Shown here piece by piece: positions 59,401-64,000 of a stretch of DNA of 64,000 bases; position 1 is the stretch's first letter, and every line of letters starts with the position of its first letter. The stretch spans positions 1 to 64,000 of the IMG/VR virus record IMGVR_UViG_3300042484_001031; one strand, 5' to 3'. The notes beneath the pieces are model-generated. The model was not told the origin of the DNA, ran no database searches, and saw nothing but the letters and a program-made list of their open reading frames with translations. This DNA comes from an uncultured virus (IMG/VR IMGVR_UViG_3300042484_001031). Lineage: Duplodnaviria; Heunggongvirae; Uroviricota; Caudoviricetes. The position numbers were made by a program, and so were the translations under genes.

Positions 59401-61309
59401 CATCAGTGTAATAATACCCTTTAAATATCAAACCACCATCAGAATTTGATTGTGAAAAAAACCAAAATTCTACAGTATAATCTCCCGATCCCATTTCAAA
59501 TGCCGCATTGTCAGGAATACTCAAGTTGCTACTGCTGCCATCAAAGTATCCACTACCATATGTACTATAACTACTGTTTGGCACGAACGGATCAAATGAA
59601 CTTATTGAAGTATTACCATTAACTGTTATAGCAAAGTTGTTTGTACTGTTATCTATAAATCTATTAGATTGGCAGGTTAATAATTGTGTGCCAGATATTG
59701 CAGTTAATGGTGTTGTAGGTGGAGTGAAGGCTGATGTATAAACTGCTGTTCCTTTAACCATTCTAAAATTAGATAAATATCCTAAATACGGATATGTGCT
59801 ACCATCTGAATTAATACCTATATACACCGATCCAGTAGTACAAGTATAATTAGTGCTATCAGTATAGTTAGACCCTGATTGTGTTCCATTGATATAAAAC
59901 TTGGTAGTACCCGATGATCTAACCAAAGCCACATGGATCCAAGTGTTTGTTGTTATTGCGCCGGCGGCTGTAGTATTTCTTGCATTACCATTTTGACCCA
60001 AGTTATACAAAGTTCCCGCAGAATCAACCCATAAAATTAATCTGCCAACACTATTGCCATCCACAACATCTAAAATTTGCCTATAACTTACTAAAGATGT
60101 TTGATAAACCCAAAATTCAACAGTAAAGTTTTCGGAACCCATACCAAGTGAAGTGTTATTTGGTACTGTTAAGTAATCACCAGTACCATCAAAATAATTA
60201 CTATAATAGCCCGGTGTATATGGATTAAAACTATTTGGCTTTGTATCACCATTAATAGTTACCGCAAAGTTATTTGTACTAGCATCATCTACAAACGTTG
60301 TACTTGCTCCCGGTATCAATAATGTATTATACTCAAAGTATACATCATTGGCTACACTGATAACCCAATTGATAGTTATAGATGATAACTCACTTGTAGT
60401 ATTTGCTGTTGCTGTTAACAATGAACTACTATTTGCTTCTACAGTAGGTGTTCCTGATATGTTTGCACCAGTTAAACTTAATCCAGTTGGTAGTGCATTA
60501 GCAGTGTATGTAATTCCCGAACCAACAGCACTAGTTGCACTTAATACTACATTAGATATAGCACTGTTAGTTGCACTGGTATATGTTGTTCCATTAGCTG
60601 GACTAACCCATGTTACTACATCAGGGGTAATAGTTAAACTAAAACTACGATTAGTATCTTGTAGTTCCGCATCTGTTGCTCTAACAGTAAATGTGTATGT
60701 TGTAGGGCTTGATAACAACTCACTTGTACCAGTAATTGTTCCATTACTATTAAAAGTTGCACCAGGTGGTATTGATCCACTAAACAAACTATATGTTATT
60801 GGTGCATCACCTGTTGCAGTAACTGTTTGATTAAAACTAGCAGTTTCATAAACATTTCCCAAACTACCAGCGGCTGTTGTCCATGTTGGTACACCACTAT
60901 ACTGAATACCCGGGATAGCAATCGCAGTTCCACCATCTGTGTTTATAACATACAATACATAACTACCTGCACTGTTAGCTGGACTTGTAAATGTAATAGT
61001 TGTAGAACTTACAACTGATACTACACCCACTGCACTACCATTAATCAACACACTTGCGCCAACCAAGAATCCACTACCAGTTAGTGTAATAGTTTGTCCA
61101 CCTGCAGGATCGGCTGCAGTGTCATCTCCTGGATATCCTATAGTAGATACTTTTGGAGTGATAATTGTTGCTCCAGTAACTGTAACGTTACCTAATATTA
61201 AATCATTTTGAACAAAAGCATTACCAAATTGATTAGATGTATTACCTAAACTAGTATTAGCCGGTGGGTTAAAAATATTTTGATTTTTTAACTGATAGTA
61301 ATCTGCCAT
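56468..61309 (-). CDS. IPT/Ig-like plus six LamG domain protein (paralog of 47079..51866)
   Basis: Same architecture with near-identical linkers. Confidence 0.88.
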   Translation of the reverse strand: MADYYQLKNQNIFNPPANTSLGNTSNQFGNAFVQNDLILGNVTVTGATIITPKVSTIGYPGDDTAADPAGGQTITLTGSGFLVGASVLINGSAVGVVSVVSSTTITFTSPANSAGSYVLYVINTDGGTAIAIPGIQYSGVPTWTTAAGSLGNVYETASFNQTVTATGDAPITYSLFSGSIPPGATFNSNGTITGTSELLSSPTTYTFTVRATDAELQDTNRSFSLTITPDVVTWVSPANGTTYTSATNSAISNVVLSATSAVGSGITYTANALPTGLSLTGANISGTPTVEANSSSLLTATANTTSELSSITINWVISVANDVYFEYNTLLIPGASTTFVDDASTNNFAVTINGDTKPNSFNPYTPGYYSNYFDGTGDYLTVPNNTSLGMGSENFTVEFWVYQTSLVSYRQILDVVDGNSVGRLILWVDSAGTLYNLGQNGNARNTTAAGAITTNTWIHVALVRSSGTTKFYINGTQSGSNYTDSTNYTCTTGSVYIGINSDGSTYPYLGYLSNFRMVKGTAVYTSAFTPPTTPLTAISGTQLLTCQSNRFIDNSTNNFAITVNGNTSISSFDPFVPNSSYSTYGSGYFDGSSSNLSIPDNAAFEMGSGDYTVEFWFFSQSNSDGGLIFKGYYYTDGSWAQGFGVRRISATVFRFYFNTTGSTSTEKFYDYTSTTLLNTWYHVAMTVSSGVGYAFLNGTLLNPGGFASVGAITNSSIGLTIGAFPFESGYRYFNGYITDVRVVKGTAVYTTTFTPPSAPLTAIANTSLLTLQNNQSVNNNVFLDNSTNNFFVTRNGNTTQGTFSPYGGNWSNYFDGTGDYLTTPSSASISNFSGDFTIEGWVYLLSTSQFGVLVGGNGSAGWYIEYGYQRGFGAYDGSSFLNGNSSAVTNQWVNFAVSRSGSTVRFFINGALTASQTSANFNYTQALGIGAYSSGSSFITGYLSNIRINNTTALYTSAFTPSTTPLTPITNTQLLTCADNRLVDDSINNFTLTKNGDVSVQRFSPFNPSIVTPTSYSGYFDGTGDYLLLATSPATNITTGSFTIECWVYATTTLTADMYVFGTTNSVGGRLVGRIASSTTVTIQDSTGTTTFTVSTISLNTWNHIVWVRSGSSTTVFVNGIRSSTGVVVNTNSYTEILRIGAHLTNYYTGYISNFRIVVGTAVYDPTQSTITVPTSPLTAISGTSLLTLQSPTFIDNSTNNFTITAVGNSQPTQQNPFGVTSALTNGYTVSTIGGSGYFDGTGDYLTIPTNAAFNFGTGNFTIEAWVYPAQLTTDWFIISASGTNGLFFGYAPSTGGYGWGRAGVAWDYQPATSKTLNAWQHVAISRSGTSMKIFVDGVQQGTTQTNSTAYNLGITSTTIGSQGSNYVMTGNIADVRVVNGTALYTSNFVPSAAPLLAVQNTVLLNNMTSAGIYDAAMMNNMETVGDAKLSTAVSKFGGSSMSFDGTGDYLKAPYNPAYSLPGDFTVETWIYLTSAAGTGNQTIASFGYNNSTGTGPWGFYLNGTGPYTLYFNSTSGNKASSTTVAIPINTWTHVTYCRTGSTGRFFVNGTIVGTTISDSFTYSGTTQSLFVGIMSDVSSAPLYGYLDDLRITKGYARYTSNFTPATSAFPIF

Positions 61310-61319
61310 GTTTTATACC

Positions 61320-62336
61320 TTAAACGTTTGTTAATATCCAACCTTGGGCAGCATTATAATATACCAATGTAAATGCTGAACGGTTAGTTGTTACTGTCAT
61401 ATCTGACGCTGTTCCTTGAATGTTACCACCATTTCTTCCAACTGTAATTGCATGTACACTTGCATTGCCAGTACCATCAATGATACCAACTTCAGTACCT
61501 AATGACGGGCTACCCGGAAGTGTAACTGTTATATTAGAAGTATTGGTGTTAACTATATATTTTGTGTTTGCTGATGCTGAGGTGTTTGCTGTAATTTCTA
61601 CATATGTGTAACCAGCTGCTCCATTGCCGCCGCCTCCACTACCCAAATTAAATGTCATTACTTCAATAGCGGCGCCACTAACTGGTGCACTACTTAACGT
61701 AACGTTTGCTCCGGCAACAGTATATGCTGAATGTAATTGACTTACACCATCAATATTGATAATTGTATAATCTTCTGATGTTGGTGAGGTAGTTAGTGTA
61801 AATACTGTTTGTACTCCATTGCCAGTGAATGTGTCAATTACTATATTAGATCCGGCTGTTGCTGCCGATATCCAACTTAGTGCACCAGCACCGTCGGTAC
61901 TTAATACATATCCGTTAGCACCGCCGGTAATTACTACATTACCAACAGCACCCAAATTAGTTTGTCCGGTAATATTCAATGTGCCTGATACATTAACACC
62001 GGTACCGGTAATTACTGCTACATTGGCATTCCCGGCAGAACTAAAATTTATATTGCCATTAACTGCTGGGATATTTACATTACTTGTACCATTAGATATA
62101 CCAGCAATGCTACCACCCTGACTAGCCCAAGATAGATTTCCAGTACCATCAGTTTGTAATACATAACCATTAGTGCCGCCAGTAATTTTTACATTACCAA
62201 CATCACCTAGATTTGCTAAACTTGTGACACTAATATTTCCAATAAAGTAATTTGCCTGCACGTTTGCATTAGCAGAATGCAATGATATATTTCCGGTCGT
62301 GAGGCCGTTCTTTACGTTAAAATATTTAAATGACAC
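61320..62336 (-). CDS. tail fibre protein
   Basis: GTG start; DTFTGNGVQT domain; C-terminal TVTLPGSPSLG..IID..ITVGRNG module. Confidence 0.75.
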   Translation of the reverse strand: MSFKYFNVKNGLTTGNISLHSANANVQANYFIGNISVTSLANLGDVGNVKITGGTNGYVLQTDGTGNLSWASQGGSIAGISNGTSNVNIPAVNGNINFSSAGNANVAVITGTGVNVSGTLNITGQTNLGAVGNVVITGGANGYVLSTDGAGALSWISAATAGSNIVIDTFTGNGVQTVFTLTTSPTSEDYTIINIDGVSQLHSAYTVAGANVTLSSAPVSGAAIEVMTFNLGSGGGGNGAAGYTYVEITANTSASANTKYIVNTNTSNITVTLPGSPSLGTEVGIIDGTGNASVHAITVGRNGGNIQGTASDMTVTTNRSAFTLVYYNAAQGWILTNV

Positions 62337-62370
62337 AGTTCCATATTCCCTGTTTTACGAATTGTATTAT

Positions 62371-62398
62371 ATTTATCCCCCATTTAAGGGGGATAAAT
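62371..62398. terminator. intergenic hairpin (terminator-like)
   Basis: atttatccccc/gggggataaat 11-bp inverted repeat overlapping a minus-strand GATAAATA motif; no clear U-tract in the coding direction. Confidence 0.45.
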
Positions 62399-62402
62399 TT
62401 GA

Positions 62403-64000
62403 TTAAGTTTTGATGTACGTACTAACTAAATTGACTTTTAAGTTTGCACTAGCTCCAGTCGCATACACCGATACATTTCCGGATACTCCGTTAATATTAC
62501 TTGATAATTCAATAATATCAGCAGTGTTATTACTACAAATGCTACCATAAATTGTAATATAAGCTGTAGTACCGTCATGTATCAATAGTGTTTCTACTGA
62601 TTGGAATCCATCATCACCTGATGCACTAATAATATATTTCGCTGTTCTAAATGTACCTGGGGCAAATTGATCAACAACTGTATTAGTAGTTACTACTACA
62701 TTTGAACGATTACTTGTTAATCCACCGTTAAGAGCAACATAGTTAGCAGTTAAGTTACCAAAAGTAGTTGCACCTGTTACTATTAATGTACCTACATTAG
62801 CAGTACCAGCAGTGCTTATGTTACCACCAGATATATTACCAGTAACATTAGCTATACCACTAATGCTTATATTACCGCCGGATATGTTACCGGTTACATC
62901 TAAACTTGTTAATGTACCAACGCTTGTGATATTTGGTTGAGCATTAGTTGTTACTGTGGCCGCTGTACCCGCCGTTGCTACATTTAAGTTAGCAACCTGA
63001 GTAGTAGATGAGACTATGAACGGTGCAGTACCAGTTGCTATTATAGAAGTAAATGTATTAGCAGATATATTATTAACATTACTAATATTACCACCTGAAC
63101 CAGATGTTGTTATATTACCAGCAGTTAAATCCCCAGTAACATTTAATGTGCCTGCTATATTAGCACCGGTACCAGTAATAACAACTACATTGGCATTGCC
63201 AGCAGAGCTAAAGTTTATATTGCCATTAACTGTTGGAATATTTACATTACTTGTTCCGTTACTTATACCTGATGAGTTGACTGAGACAAAAGACAATCCA
63301 CCAGAACCATCTGTACTTAATACTTGACCACTTGTTCCACCTGATATATGTAAGTTAGCTACTGCGCCTAATGTAACATTAGCTGTAGTTGTAAAATTAA
63401 CTACACCGGTTGCATTGCTTACTGTTAATCCAGTTAAACTGCCAACACTTGTAATATTTGGTTGAGCCGCAGTTGTTAGTGTACCTGTAAAGAAATTAGC
63501 ACTTACTAAGTTAGCGCCAGTGATGTTACCGGCAACTAAATTACCAGTGATATTAGCTGTACCAGATATGTTAGCACCAGTACCAGTAACCACCAATGTA
63601 GTGTTACCGGCTGCAGTAATATCAACGTTACCATTAACTGTTGGAATATTTACATTACTAGTTCCGTTACTTATACCTGATGAACTTATTGAGATGAATG
63701 ACAATCCACCTGAACCATTTGTGCTTAGTACTTGACCATTAGTACCGCCGATAATTGTTATATTACCAACTGCCCCTAAATTACTTGTACCAGTAACTGC
63801 CAAAGTCCCTACATTAGCTGCTCCAGCTGTACTTATATTACCACCAGATATATTACCTGTTACAGTTAAACTTGTTAGTGTACCAACTGAAGTAATATTT
63901 GGTTGAGCCGCAGTTGTTAATGTACCTGTAAAGAAATTAGCACTTACTAAGTTAGCGCCAGTAATGTTACCACCTGAGCCTGCGCCTGTACTGATATTAC
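62403..64000 (-). CDS. tail fibre stalk protein (5' end outside window)
   Basis: Frame stays open from the window edge; same repeats; C-terminal FRTAKYII...ETLLIHDGT domain. Confidence 0.8.
   Translation of the reverse strand, partial: NISTGAGSGGNITGANLVSANFFTGTLTTAAQPNITSVGTLTSLTVTGNISGGNISTAGAANVGTLAVTGTSNLGAVGNITIIGGTNGQVLSTNGSGGLSFISISSSGISNGTSNVNIPTVNGNVDITAAGNTTLVVTGTGANISGTANITGNLVAGNITGANLVSANFFTGTLTTAAQPNITSVGSLTGLTVSNATGVVNFTTTANVTLGAVANLHISGGTSGQVLSTDGSGGLSFVSVNSSGISNGTSNVNIPTVNGNINFSSAGNANVVVITGTGANIAGTLNVTGDLTAGNITTSGSGGNISNVNNISANTFTSIIATGTAPFIVSSTTQVANLNVATAGTAATVTTNAQPNITSVGTLTSLDVTGNISGGNISISGIANVTGNISGGNISTAGTANVGTLIVTGATTFGNLTANYVALNGGLTSNRSNVVVTTNTVVDQFAPGTFRTAKYIISASGDDGFQSVETLLIHDGTTAYITIYGSICSNNTADIIELSSNINGVSGNVSVYATGASANLKVNLVSTYIKT

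Noticed and set aside
29144..63735. Many plus-strand ORFs (up to 391 aa) opposite the fibre genes
   Set aside because: Shadow ORFs caused by biased Gly/Thr/Asn/Ser codons on the minus strand; Pro/Val/Leu-rich with no recognisable motifs.
35095..64000. CRISPR array or diversity-generating retroelement
   Set aside because: Repeats are in-frame coding blocks of irregular spacing; no cas or reverse transcriptase gene and no adenine-specific template/variable pair noticed.

Overview
AT-rich segment of a large T4-like (myovirus-type) phage genome. TctC/Bug- and IscU-like genes weakly suggest a betaproteobacterial host (inference). 1-5.9 kb: a minus-strand array of 20 CCA-encoding tRNA genes, interleaved with at least seven structured non-coding elements, DnaJ, HNH and small genes, and six consensus sigma70 promoters. 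At the head of the array is the most striking feature: a 45-codon leader ORF using all 20 amino acids (36 distinct codons), whose stop codon lies in an antiterminator that competes with an intrinsic terminator. This is a candidate tRNA-pool-sensing attenuator. 5.9-17.9 kb: an enzyme island with nine Fe(II)/2OG-type or cupin oxygenases (a tenth lies in the tRNA array), two PP-loop ATP pyrophosphatases, a radical SAM enzyme, a desaturase, two GNAT-like proteins and TctC. 17.9-28.4 kb: rubredoxin, rubrerythrin, IscU, SleB-like hydrolase, PAAR, glutaredoxin and nrdAB. 28.4-64 kb: a modular tail-fibre/adhesin locus with repeated stalk proteins, cupredoxin-like domains, 16 LamG-like domains and Gly-rich tips. 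All calls were made by eye from motifs and manual base-pairing; no searches were run.
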